Shown here one piece after another: positions 41,701-53,214 of a stretch of DNA of 64,000 bases. Made by a program: the position numbers and the translations under genes. The stretch lies in NCBI GenBank assembly GCA_964035545.1, contig OZ037765.1, positions 25,915,504 to 25,979,503 on the forward strand. The letters run 5' to 3'. This DNA comes from Bugula neritina. Lineage: Eukaryota > Animalia > Bryozoa. The number at the start of each line of letters is the position of its first letter. Within the stretch, counting starts at the first letter, position 1. The notes below the pieces were generated by a model, which was not told where the DNA came from, searched no databases, and was given only the letters and a program-made list of their open reading frames with translations.

Positions 41701-44700
41701 GAGTGCGGTTGTGAGAGGACTGAAGAAGCGGTCTGCAGACTACAAGAAGAATGAAGGTTTCGATGAAATGGCTTCAGCTAATAATGCAAAGTCAACCACT
41801 AGTATGGACAAAGAAGGCCAGGCAAAGAAAAAGAGTAAATGTAGCTTGAATGGGTGAGTCTGGCGATAAGAGAATGACAGTGAATTAATTTTTTATTTTA
41901 TTTCGCATCTATATCGTATGCTAAAATTGTATTTGATAGTTTCATGTTGAATTTGTTTGTAGATTTCTGTTTCCGTGGTGGTTTCAAGGCATTGCATATT
42001 TCCTTTGTTTGGCTTGCAACGGCATATCATTTTGGATAACAGTTCAAATGGGCTTCAGTTTCGGAGCTGACAAAGCGGAACGCTGGATGATCTCATTTGT
42101 TACCTCATTTATTGAGTCCCTGCTTCTGTCACAGCCAATAAAGGTCTGAAAATTCATTAATATATTAATAACATGTATCTATTCCTTTTCCATTTTGTAA
42201 CAAACATTATTCAACTGGAACTTATATTAATTTTTCTTATTGAATATTTTAGGTTGTGCTGTTTGCCATGTTCTATGCATTGGTCATAAAGTCCCCCACA
42301 ATAGAAGATGAGCTGGACAATGATCCTGGGCTACTGCAAGGGGAAGAATACTTGCACAACCGTAATGCTTCATACAATGCAGAATACATCCAGCTTCAGA
42401 AGTCATTGGCTAGATATAAAGTGCTGCCGGTTCCTCCACAGCCAGAGTACATTGCTGCTGCTAAAAAGAAAAAGTATGTTTTACTGGAAACTTTGTGTAT
42501 TCCTTTTTGACTGGACAAAATTGAACATGAGTTGTAAACTTTGTAAAAGTCCTACAATGAAATGCTATTAAAAAGTAGCCTTCGCTGTATAAAGTTGCAC
42601 AATGGTAAGGGTTTATATACAGACTATTGCCTTGCCCCTCCTCTGTAAGGTAGTTTAGGGCTTACTGAGGCAGAGAAGCAATTATGACCAGATGTACTTC
42701 CGTTCATCATAAATGACCCTGTTGGAATTTACACCCACGTCCTTATTTCATGTTGGGTTAGTGCTTCAACCAGGGCACTCTAAAGTCTACTACAAGAGCT
42801 TTGCAATAATTTAGGGGTCTTTTAAACAAATACACCGGTATCTGTATTTGAAGTAAAGTAGTTTATACTGAAGTGTGCCACACTGGTTGTAATGACATTC
42901 ATTATTGGTTATTTTTTTAAATAGCAAAATGATAGTCAATAATAGCTTTTTAAATGCTGTTTTTTACATAATTTATATACTGATAAGTATTACTTTAAAG
43001 CTAGATGTATGTATGAGTATAATACAGTTTACAATAAACTGGACTACACTTTTGGATATAAAACCCAATTGGGCATTCACTCAATTTTTTGTTAAAAAAT
43101 GTATTATAATGCAATGGGTGTTTAATTTAACTGTTGCAAGAAGGCAACTTGTGAAAGATGGTTTAAGTTTCACTGATATTTAACCAGTAAGTTACAAACA
43201 TTACGACTTTTTTTCTGTTGCTTATTTTTAGATTGTGCTCTAAATAGGTTTTAACTTTAAATGCTGTTTATATTTTGACAGGCAAAAGGAAGATGAAATG
43301 CAGGGTGTTCTACGGGAAATTTTGGCATACATTATTTTCTTGTACTTGCTCTATGCTGTCAGCTATGGGAGTAAGGAGAGCATCACCTGGCGGATGTATA
43401 GAAACCAACAAAATGCCTTAGAGTTTGGACTCCATGAACCATATGGGCCAATGAAAGAGGGGCCTGGGTACACCTTCAACAAACCTCTTCCCATGTCTTT
43501 GGTGAGTGAGTTTCAAAATCTTATGCTATAATATTCTCACAGTGGCCACAAATCTAGTTAGAAATAAATTGTGTTGTTTACAAGATTTCATTTTACGCAA
43601 TATAGTGGTGGAAGAATAAGATTCAATTAATTTAACATTGTATGTTAAAGATTTTTGGCTTCTTGAACTTCGATGATGTGTTTTATGATACAAAGCCTTC
43701 TCTATTCTTATTCCATTTCTGTGAGTAAAATTATGTGTTGCCAGCTTTTTCTATCCAACTTCTGTTTTTTCTTTGACAGGTGGGAAGTTTAGAGTCTTTC
43801 TGGACTTGGTGCGAAACTAATTACATACCTTTCATGTACTCTAGTGTGGACTATGGTGGTCATGATTTACCTGCAAGTTCCACTATGGATGGCATCAACT
43901 ACTTAGTGGGCACAACCCGACTTCGGCAAGTCAGGGTCAATAAAGGTACTGGAGCTAACAGAAATGTTCAAAATAATTTGATTGTAGTTCTAAAAAAGTT
44001 TTTCAGATAAATGGTAGCAGGTTTACATGGTGTATTTATTTATGTTGAGATAAATTATAATGCCCTTGCTACTTTGTTAATTATTAAGACTGAATAACTA
44101 AAACTCTAATTTATTCAATCATTATATTGTACAAAAAGAGTTGTTAATAAAAATATTAGTGCAATGAAAGTAAAAATGTCTTGAGCATTAAAACATAATT
44201 ATATTATCTTTTGCTTGTTATGTTAAAACTATAACTGCACAGTTATATTTTGGTAGTAAGTTTTGCTTTATTTTAGTTTCATTATTGATGTTTTGTAATT
44301 GCAATATTGAAGTAGTATCATTGTTAGTCAATACCATCTTTACCAAAGTATTGGAGCGACAGCATCGAGTTGATTCTAATATGTTCCCTAGCACAATCTT
44401 TATACTAATAGCTGGGAAATTATTTTATCATAAAATACATGTATATCACATGTCTTTTTGGGGTGCAGGTTGAATCGCTGGTTGTTGAAGACTTTGAGCA
44501 GGTGCCTTTTATAAAGCACCTGTTGAGACACCCAGACTTGCATCTACCGTATACATTTGTCACTAAAGAATATTTCTCATAGAATTTGTTTTTTTAACAT
44601 ATAACTTTGGTAATGCTACTGTACATTTACTATTTAGTTTACAAATGAAAGAATGAACAATTGCACACATTATAATTTTAAGCAAGACATTTTTATGCAA

Positions 44701-47700
44701 TTAATTATGTTGATAGTTTTGTTTCACTAACTATTGTGCTGCTTTGTTTTAGTGAGATGCCCAGCAGTGGTATATAAGTATGAGAAACACTGTGCTAAAG
44801 CCATGTCGGCATACAATGCAGATAGAGGGGAGTATGGTTTGAAATGGACAAAGGCTAAAGGTCAGTATTAACTTTGCTATCCACTACATCTATAATATAA
44901 CATTGTAATTCAACCTGCAAAAAAATTGTTTTGTTGCAGTACTTTAATTTTTTATGTGTTTCCAACTTTGATCATATTTATTGACATAGTATATGTCTTT
45001 ATGTATTTGATGTCTTAGTTGTTCTGCTCCAAACTTTAGCCAACAGTTATAATATGCAATCATGGCGGCCACGTTCAGCAAATGTAAATTCTGAATGTCC
45101 GATTGAATTTATCTTGAGTAATGCTATTAGGGAGATCCATCAAGTTATGATTAGCAGTATTGTTTAATTTTAGCTATTAAACTGGTATTATTCACTTTAT
45201 TTAAATTTAGGAATATACACTGATTTATTGCACATAAAACTTTTGAAAAATATGTCAAATGCTGATATAAATAGGGCTTATAGCCTAATGTTTATTGTTG
45301 AAATTATTGTTGAGCTTATATTAATTTGATTTAGATGGTGAAGAAGCTGAGGATGGTTTCAAATACCAGAATGCTACAGCACTGGAAGGATTACCAACAA
45401 GGGGCCTTGCTGGGTACTATGAAGGTGGTGGCTATGCATACACACTGGGTCGTTCTCAAGCGTCTGCCTTCAAGAGTATTAGTCACCTGAAAGAAAACGA
45501 TTGGATAGACGAACACACGAGAGCTATTTTTGTTGAGTTTACAATATTCAACAACCAGCTTAACCTCTTTACGTCATCTTTCATCATGTTTGAAATGATG
45601 CCTACTGGAGGTATGAGGTTGTACATAAAAGCCAGTGCATTGCATACTATGGCCCACTCTTTACAATACAAGGACAACCATTTTCATGAAACTTTAGTAG
45701 TTTATAATTTGAGTAATTTTATATAAGGAAATTGTTTAATCAATATACATTCACAAAAATGCATTTAATATTGAATTTATAGTAAAATTTTTGAGTTCAA
45801 ACAATATTTTGACATAATATTTATGCCATGAATAGGTGAACATAACTCCTGGTTTGCGACTGTTGTTATTATTTAATACTGCTATTTATTATTAATGTCA
45901 ATGCAAAGGCAAAGACGTAATTTGATTGATAATGCAGTTCTAAATAAATATAGTTGGTTATGTTCAAATGCCTTCCTAAATGTAGAGTATATTTATTGTA
46001 GTATGTTTGGACATTGACGAGTTTAGCACAGGAAATAATTATTCCTAGCTAGATCTGAATCGGTATAACTGAATTACGCATTAACAATGTGTTGATGTAA
46101 CATACTGAAAAAAATATATATAACCAATTTATGTATAATATAAGTAGTTAAAATGTCTAAATATGATGCTTCAACTACTCAATGCTGAAGCATCAAGTAA
46201 ATAAAATGCAATTATCAGAATGCATTTTTAATACATCAGTGTCAAGTGTTTATTGTGCAGGCCATGTGCATGTGTGTATTTACATGTATATGTAGCATTA
46301 GTTTGTTAAATACAGAATTGATTTGTTTTTTAGCTCTTTATCCCAAATTCAAGGTTCTTCCATTTCGCCTGGAACGATATCGGGGGAACAATGCTTTGAT
46401 GACTTTACTATCTGAACTTGGAATGATTGCTTACACAATTTTCTTTTTCGTTAAAGAAATAAAACTTCTGAAAAAGCAAAAGAAGGAATATTTCAAGGTA
46501 CAGATGTGCTGATATCATATTTCAAGGTCACACATTCAAAGTACTTCTTCATAATCCTTAGCAACTGCTTGTGGGAAATAAATTATTACATTGAACATTG
46601 ATGTTTATGGGATGTTGTGTGTTGACTGGTTTTAAAGCTTCATGAAGTTGCATTGCTCATGTAAAGCTTATATTTTTCTCTAAAATTATGCTTTTATATA
46701 TTAAAAGATATTCTTTCATGTTTTAGGATTTCTGGAATGTGGTAGAGTTCCTAATGCTGTTGATGATGCTGGCCGCCATAGCAATGATTTTCTACAGATT
46801 CTATCTGCTAGTGGAAACATCTGCCCGGAAGCAAGCAGTTAAAGAAGACCGGCAAAAATATGTCAGCTTCGATTATGCAGCCTTGTTTGAAGAGGTAAAG
46901 ATGTTTTCAGTAGATTTTATGACAATTTTGTTTGTTCAACTAATATTTAGTAACTCACTGATCATATTTTGTATACACCACTTGCGTGCTGTTGGTATGA
47001 AAACTATCTCTAGTTGCAGTATCAATACATTAACAAGGAATTCGCATGACTGCAGTTTGAAAAGTTTCGTGCACTTTTTCTTGACAATAATTGTCAGAAT
47101 TGGCATGATCAGCTCGCATACATTAAAAGTCAAAACTGCACAAAATTGCACATAAATATTATTGAACCAACTTCTAATTTGCGTAGTTTAAAAAAAAATT
47201 AAAGAAAAATGCCTAGCTTTATTATTGCAAATACAAGTGCGCTATTCTTTTCATCTAAAGTTTCATGATGATGACTTTATTTTTAAAGTTTTAAAGTTTT
47301 TTTTAAAGTTTAAAGCCTTTGAAGTAGTTGAATATTAGTTGCTATTTTTACTGAAGCTTTGTTCTTTATGTTTTAGTCATATCTGTTCTTGCTGGCATTC
47401 ATCTCATTCGTGGCAACTGTCAAGTTTCTAAAGCTGCTTCGTTTCAACAAGAAGATGAATGTACTTGGACACACACTGCTCTACATTGCCAGACCATTTG
47501 TATCATTCATGTTCACAATGCTGATGGTGTTTGTCGCGTACTCCCACATGGCATTCCTCGTCTTCAACACCCTCCTGCTCAGTTTCAGCTCCTTCACCTC
47601 ATCAATGAGCACTCTCTTCACACTGATGCTTAGTAAGTACATTTAACACTTTGCATTCTTACATTTTCTATTTTTAACATATTTTACTCTTAATTTTAAT

Positions 47701-48618
47701 AGTTTTTTGTAGCAAGTTGAAATAAATGTTTTTCGTATATTTTAGACAAGTTTGATTATAAGAGCATGGAACGAGCCAACCCTCTGTTTGCCCCATTCAT
47801 CTTCTTGACATTCACAGTTGTGATGGGATTCATGCTGATCAACTTCATGCTGTCGCTGATTATTGAGGGGTTCACTAGTGTCAATGCTGACCTTGAAGGT
47901 ACACACGTGTGTTTAATGTGTAGAGAGCAACTTTAAATTCATTGCTACACACCTATTTTATTTTTCTATAAAAAGCTTAGCAGACAGGTTATCATCACTG
48001 CTCATTTAACATTGGATTACATTTTCTTTTTTTATAGGAAAGCCAAATAAATATGAGATTGTTGATTTTGTCATTGGCAAGTTTAAAGCTGTCCTGGGCT
48101 TTGGAAGTGACACTATGCCTGCTGTGAGAGACAAAAAGGAAGATTTCATAGAAGGTCTGCATAGAATAATAATTGCATGTCGTAGTTGAAATTCACTTTT
48201 TTTTTTTCCTATGTTTCAGCTGTGTTGCCATGCCTCAACTAGCTGCAGTGTTATTGTGCCATAGAGCATTGTCCACAACCTATTTTTGTTTGAATTATAT
48301 TCTTCATTTTAGACTAAATATTATGCAAACAACCAAACAATTTTTCTGCAAAAACGAAGTGCGCCACAACAGTGTCGCTTTTATTATTTCAACTGTATGT
48401 ATAAAGTAAAGGCTGCATTTGTTCAACACAATGTATTGTTCATCTTGATAATTGTAGACTCTCAGAAAGAGTTGGATATGAAGTTCGGGGAGTTTAGTGA
48501 ACGAGTATTTGGGATGTTCTTACAAGATGTTGAGGACATCAAGGATATGAAGGCTGCTGAAAATCTAATCAACCGAGAGCGAAAGCAAAGACAAAGAAAG
48601 AAAATTCTTTACAGTTAA
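153..48618 (+). CDS. PKD1: Polycystin-1 family (PKD1/REJ-like) multi-exon locus, 5'-partial; the Sushi-array part (153-11779) may be a long isoform or a separate upstream gene
   Basis: Phase-consistent GT-AG exons encode WSC, Sushi x15, WSC, PKD repeats, REJ, GPS, PLAT and a polycystin channel domain, ending in TAA at 48616-48618. The symbol denotes family or closest architecture; orthology was not tested. Confidence 0.85.
1236..11779 (+). CDS. Array of 15 Sushi/CCP domains, one per phase-1 exon
   Basis: Exons 1236-1430, 1667-1855, 2770-2973, 3432-3617, 3895-4083, 4619-4822, 5755-5940, 6722-6910, 7761-7961, 8161-8346, 8516-8704, 8979-9188, 10450-10635, 11109-11306, 11522-11779. Each shows C...[YF]xC.xG[YF]...C...W...C; the last is divergent. 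All are symmetrical phase 1-1. Confidence 0.9.
1952..2284. mobile_element. MITE (non-autonomous DNA transposon), 333 bp, 64-bp terminal inverted repeats, TA on both flanks
   Basis: 1952-2015 (GGGCCACACGGTGCGTATTTTCGCATGCGAAAATTG...CCACTG) is the reverse complement of 2221-2284 with one mismatch. TA at 1950-1951 and 2285-2286. No transposase. Confidence 0.9.
5993..6383. mobile_element. Non-autonomous TIR element with imperfect 23-bp TIRs and a degenerate 9-bp TSD
   Basis: Absent from the paralogous intron after exon 3432-3617 (empty site GCTGAAATG). Flanks are ATTGAAATG and GCTAAAATG. Ends are GGCGTCATTCCAAAGTTACGACC and, reverse-complemented, GGTTTCAGTTCAGAAAGACGACC (15/23). Confidence 0.7.
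11844..12269 (+). mobile_element. Possible solo LTR remnant
   Basis: Begins TGTAGTA and ends TACTACA (TG..CA inverted ends). ATTAAA at 12231 lies about 35 nt before the end. No target-site duplication is visible. Confidence 0.3.
13574..13815 (+). CDS. Internal start codon and signal peptide exons (13574-13588 + 13764-13815)
   Basis: AAAATGCAACTTTTTGCA|GTAAGT spliced to TAG|ATTGGA...GCAG|GTAAG gives MQLFAIGLLTLLYYSTIPTSAA-E, a hydrophobic core with a small-residue cleavage site, in frame with exon 14021. Confidence 0.7.
14021..14573 (+). CDS. Second WSC-like domain (exons 14021-14132, 14395-14573)
   Basis: SECVESCSMQGKSLSLLYQGLFCFCGD matches WSC C-xxx-C...G..C-x-CG. Confidence 0.7.
15055..24375 (+). 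CDS. PKD (Ig-like) repeats plus PKD1-type Cys-rich module
   Basis: Exons 15055-15268, 15618-15723, 15926-16091, 16729-16913, 17578-17694, 18351-18543, 18657-18824, 19012-19240, 19459-19519, 19856-19997, 20366-20471, 20696-20837, 21072-21271, 21642-21907, 22165-22710, 23273-23459, 23678-23935, 24171-24375. Motifs include DVDFGDG, YWLWGDG, HKYTEPGTYNITL, WSIDFGNG, HTYTEGGNYTITL, WSWNFGSG and PGTYQVNLTVSN. Confidence 0.85.
24566..29329 (+). CDS. REJ (receptor for egg jelly) domain
   Basis: Exons 24566-24731, 25437-25662, 25904-26149, 26565-26730, 27410-27505, 27833-28038, 28562-28774, 29169-29329. Hallmarks are TLDASPSYDPD, LSFVWLC, CRINC, NSPP...GCSVSPANG...TEFSVFC, LPFG and VRCYDFYGS. Confidence 0.85.
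25354..25410. repeat. Imperfect (GCT/ACT)n microsatellite just upstream of the acceptor at 25436
   Basis: TGCTGCTGCTACTGCTGCTGCC...TACTGCTACTACTGCTGCTGCTACTGCTAC. Confidence 0.8.
29643..39222 (+). CDS. GAIN-type region with degenerate GPS motif and first transmembrane helix
   Basis: Exons 29643-29778, 31536-31615, 32551-32661, 33081-33210, 33489-33541, 33926-33964, 34346-34354, 34653-34800, 35100-35191, 35390-35501, 35590-35702, 35940-36144, 36348-36452, 37363-37489, 37712-37916, 38263-38413, 39044-39222. GPS reads QCRFWD...WSTEGLEVGPLT...THC. TM1 reads NPLIFSVMISLWSLYLCCLIWARRWD. Confidence 0.8.
32704..32830. repeat. (TA)n followed by (TG)/(TATG)n microsatellite
   Basis: About 75 bp of TA repeat, then TGTGCG/TATG repeats, in an intron. 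Confidence 0.95.
37058..37270 (+). mobile_element. tRNA-derived SINE with 19-bp target-site duplication
   Basis: A-box TGGTCTAGGGG, B-box GGTTCGAGCCC and a tRNA-like head with a CTAGTAA loop, followed by about 140 bp of non-tRNA body. TSD TGATATCTGC[A/G]TGCTGCGT at 37039-37057 and 37271-37289. Confidence 0.85.
37940..38146 (+). mobile_element. Older, diverged copy of the same SINE family
   Basis: Shares the B-box (GAGTTCGTACCC), CATTGGT.ATGTTAG.AAGAGCAT, CTTAGCC and GGTTTCTCACAGG blocks, in order, with 37058-37270. Start is approximate. Confidence 0.75.
39484..40489 (+). CDS. PLAT/LH2 domain of polycystin-1 type
   Basis: Exons 39484-39585, 39884-40026, 40357-40489: YLYELTVFTSSKRGAGTTAKV...GGIDSFLMSVPRHLGPLNHIRVWHDNSGKNPSW...YYFVCDSWLSVGDGDG. 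Confidence 0.95.
40888..48618 (+). CDS. TM2-5, polycystin (TOP) domain, PKD channel domain (TM6-11) and C-tail
   Basis: Exons 40888-41139, 41585-41853, 41963-42143, 42253-42473, 43282-43501, 43780-43945, 44753-44860, 45335-45610, 46334-46497, 46727-46894, 47377-47632, 47746-47898, 48038-48154, 48458-48618. Motifs HIWFSVFGRP..SVFTRVQRVTCC, GTTRLRQVRV, YEGGGY, LKENDWIDEHTRAIFVEF, KFLKLLRFN. Confidence 0.95.
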
Positions 48619-50834
48619 ACATTTCCTAATAATATTGGAGGTTTATGAAAAGCTGCAGCATGTTTTGTATTCAGTGCTAAGTTCAAATTGGCACAAATAA
48701 TTTTTTCACTGTCGGTATTTTTTCAATCTTTGCTTCAAAAACATAAGCTTTTATTTTTACACACTGGTTTTCTTGTTTATTTAATACACAAGTAATATTT
48801 GTATTAGAACCTAATGCCTTTAAGTATCTTCGCTCAATATTTGTATTAACTTTTTAATATTATTACATAATATTTTTCAACTGGAGAAAAAAAATATTTT
48901 CTTACATATTTATTATCAGCTGACGCTCCTTTTTTTGGGAAGGTGATTTTATATTATATTTATATTTTTAAAAATAAATGTTGTAATCTTGCAGATTTTT
49001 ATGTGTTGCTTAATATATCGCACAGGAACTTTAGGAATAAAGGCAACATATTTTATATGAAGCATTTACTAATAACTGTCATAAAGTTTGAGCATATAAT
49101 ATCACCTCATACAGTTTGGATGCCAAATAGTAAACGCATGACTTGTATATATAACATGCTATTGCTTCAAAGATCAGTATTCAAACTTTGAAACTTATTA
49201 AATGCAGAATTTACTTTTCTGTTTTCGGCATAACTTTTATAGTCAATATTGCGATCTCTAATCCATTCAGTGTGAATGCTTTAGAATATCAGAAAATGCC
49301 TTGCATTTGAAAAAATGTTGCTTCTTCAGTAAATATAATGAATTTACCACTTTTTCCAAGACAGGATAACTCCACTAGGTCTATTTACACTGTAATAATA
49401 TTGTGCTTGGATTTAGTTATACCTTAGCTGAATGAGACAATGCAAAGTTTAAAGAAATACATCCAGCCACAATTACTTTGTTGTGAAAATTAAAGCTTTC
49501 CGTGTTGAGTAACATTATTCCATGGTGTCAACAAAAGCTGCCTCAACTATACAATGTAACTATTTGTAGATATTTTGTAGTTTTTCGAGACTATTTTTAC
49601 CCCATTTAAGTGTTTTTTTTGTTACCTTAAGTATTTTTTTGTAGTTTGTTTCCACTTTTTTTGTCAATATCGGTCAAGATGAAGTCAAAACATTGCAGAA
49701 GGCAAAACAGTTGGAGCAGGTTTTTAGCAGTTATTTACTGCACACGGAGATACCTTAGCACACATATAATTTATAAAGACTTTTCAGTTTTGAATAAAAT
49801 ATACTAGAAATTTCAGGAACAAGTATTTCTAATATAGGCCTAAAGAGCACTTATGTTACAGAGCTAGACTTTTTCTGTTTAGAATATCAGAAAAAAAACT
49901 AAAGGTGTAGGTGGGATAACTTCAAACTCTTGTGAGGTCCATGTGATGTACACTCATAAGTTTTCCTGACTAAACAGCTGGTATCGGCCACTCAATTTGT
50001 GCAAAATATTTGTCATCATTAGATAACTTCCTAATCATAGTAATTAATATTGTGGTTATATCAGGTTTGAATCAAACAAGTATCTAATCTACTCAATGAT
50101 ACCATATTCTTACAGTAGAAGATTATTTTAAGATTCCGGTTTTGAAATTAATTTCATAAATTGCATATATGATTAGACTGAATTAGAATCTATATTTTGC
50201 TACATATTAGTTATTAGCCATTTGTTTTTTTTCTTTTGTAATACACTCAGAAATATTGCAAGGAGATAATTTGCTACCATGACCATATTATTTCAAGCTT
50301 ACCTAAATCTGAGTCATAAAGCTATTAATGGTTAAAACAAACATCTTGCAAATATATTTTTGGTATGCATAATTGCAGCCAAAACAAAGGCTGCACATAG
50401 TAAATGTCATTTTGTTGTTATAAATAATATTTTGCTGTGAGAAAAATGAAAGCCTGGTATAGCATTGATGACAACCTGTTTGATCCACAACTTGCTCGAG
50501 TTAGGCATGCGCCTACCACACTGCGTCTGCTGCACAAATGTCGCTATACAGCAGAGCCGTGGAAGGCTATTGGTCATACTGCGAGTATAGCAACTTTATG
50601 CTCTCAACTACCAGTAGTTGTTGCCTCTTTTGGTTTAAAGCAAGTGAGTTTATTAACAACTTGAAAAAGCTTTGATAAAATTTTGTTTTTGTTTTAAATA
50701 GAATTTGTAAAAACAATGTAAAGTTTTACGCGGGTAAACACTAAATTTTTTTCTAGAAAAATAATATGCTTTTGCCATTTGTTTACATGAAGTTATAAAA
50801 AGACAAATTGAACGCGTGCTCTTTATCCGTGCGC

Positions 50835-50880
50835 TGATTGGTTAAGGCCTATATTAGACGATGGCTATATAGTATATACA
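50835..50880 (+). promoter_or_regulatory. Candidate FHOD core promoter (reverse CCAAT box plus TATA-like element)
   Basis: CTGATTGGTT at about 50834-50843 and TATATA at 50866 in a locally CpG-richer patch, followed by a possible donor AG|GTAAAA near 50974. Motif-only evidence. Confidence 0.3.
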
Positions 50881-53214
50881 CAACTCGCAGCATTATCATT
50901 GGTGGTTATTTCAAATAGTGAAAGCCAACGCTTACAGAAAACTTTAATGTGTATAACTAAAAGGCAATTTTTAGGTAAAAATTACCAGTAAAGTCTGTGG
51001 TGACTGGTATTCACTTTCGGTTTGGGTCTTACAGTCGTGGTAATAGTGGTGCTCTCTACTTTAACTTTACTTCGTTATCTACTTCTAGTTCTAGTACTAG
51101 TTGTAGTAATCATTAGACTTAGTTGAAGTTAAGTTGAACTTGAAGTACTACTACTGTCTACTACTACCAGCAGTAGTGCAGTAGACGTAGTTGACTACGT
51201 CTACTCACTACTCAGTCATAGTCATACTGATACTGATAATCATAATAATAATGATCATTAAAGTTATAATAAAAATAGTTTATACTTGATGAGTTGAAAT
51301 TAATTATATTTATTATACAATTACTATTACTATTAGAATTACAATATTACTATTAGTATTACTATTAGTATTAATTAATTATTATTTATTATATAAAGAT
51401 CTACAACGAGTTTAATATTGTGTTTTATGAATTGAAAATATTGAAAATAACATTAAAAGATTGTCATAGAAATTACAGTAGGCGATGAACATTTAGTTTC
51501 ACGTAGTGATACTGATAGGGATACTGATTGTGAGTGTGATAGCCATAGTCATAGTGATACTGATAGTAATACTAATAGTATTACTATTAGTAATGCTAAT
51601 ACTCATACTGATGTAGTTGTACCGTAGTCTTGCACTTATATGTACACTTACAGTTACTCATTCTCAGTTACACTTACTGTTCCTGTTAGAAACAATATTA
51701 TTATTATACTATTATACTAACTATTACTTATTCTTATATTTATACTCAATCTTCTAAATACAGTCAATCATAATCATTATGGTTATCATGAATATCATGA
51801 GCATGATATTCATATTGTAGTATTTATATAATTATTATTCATTATTTGAACTTAATGGTACACTTCTAAAAATTAAATATACATGGTTGTAATAATAGTG
51901 CTAGGTTGTAATACTAGTTTAGTAATCTAAATCTAGTGTGGGCTGTGAAGCTATGGCTATATGAAAGATTAAAATAATAAAACTAGTGAGACTATGTATT
52001 ATGGGAATAATGGGTACAGCTTTGAAATTGTGATAGTTGTCGTGGTTAAGTTTAACATGTAATAAGATTGTAATAATTGATACTCAATCTCATACAACAA
52101 AGCTGACTATCTCTTTAAAGTCTTTGCTCTGTAACAACCTCTGGTGAATAGGGTTTTTAGAAAGCAAGGAACTGTGTTTTTCACTATGCTGTCAACATAG
52201 TTTAAGGTCTCTCAATGTAGGTAGCACAGGAGCAATGACTCTGCCGAGATAAATTCTATGCTGTAGAATTGCAACAATAAGACCAAGCTCTACTTTTTTT
52301 ATATTTAAGTTTTTGTAAATCCTGAAATGAAAGATAAACCACAGCAATTTGATTTTTTCCAGCTGTTTCTCTCATGAATTATTTTTGAGTTCCTAATTAA
52401 GGGAATTGATAATAAACTTAGTTGTGCAGTCAGAAGTTGAAGTTATTTGAAGCTTAATTAAGTTTAGTCAAATTCCACGAATGCTAAAATCAAAAAGTTG
52501 TGTAAAGCCCTTGCTTGTAATTGATAAACTGGTTATATGAATATTATTGCTGTTGACGTTCCTATATTTTCAGTATCGCCTTTAATTTGACTTACAACTA
52601 TATCAGTATAATCTGTCTTTGGCTAAACTTCCATTTCAACTGTTGATTTGCCTAACATGTCACTTTATAAAAAGAGTTTTATGCTATATATTTATTAACT
52701 TTTCATTATGATTCAGATAAGCTCTTTTATCTCCTGAAAAACTGTTCTTGAGTATATTTAAAAAAAAACTGTGCTTTAAATTTATGTTGCTAGAACAAGG
52801 CTGCTAAATCCTCACCACTTTAGTCTTCATTCATGTGTTTAAAATTTGACATTTGATGTTGCTTACTAATTTTAAAAAAAATTTCTTTTTTGTGAGTAAT
52901 AGCTGATAACTACATAGATAACTGGTGTTGTACCTTGTTCTTTGACTTCCAGTGGTTATATTGTGGTTATAATCTAACAAAAAGTATTGAAGATGTGTTC
53001 TGAATTTGATATTACTGCTATCATAGTTTTGTAATGTTTATTATAAAATTGGATCAACTAACTCCATGAGTCCATGTGTTCTGTTTTAGGTATGTTTATT
53101 GCAACCATGGAGATACACTGATTGTTATTCTGGTGCTGAGTCTACATTATCTGCAGTCCTATAGGATCTATATCCGAACTAGTCACACAGCCTGCAGACT
53201 AAACCGGCTTCAAA

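Noticed and set aside
46488-46528. Duplicated donor ATATTTCAAGGT as an alternative splice site
   Set aside because: Using the second copy includes an in-frame TGA and its donor (GTCACA) is weak. It is likely a neutral micro-duplication.
53078-53096. AG|GTATGT as a recursive splice site
   Set aside because: The intron would be only about 2 kb and the motif is 75 nt from the next acceptor. It is more simply an alternative 5'UTR splice site or chance.
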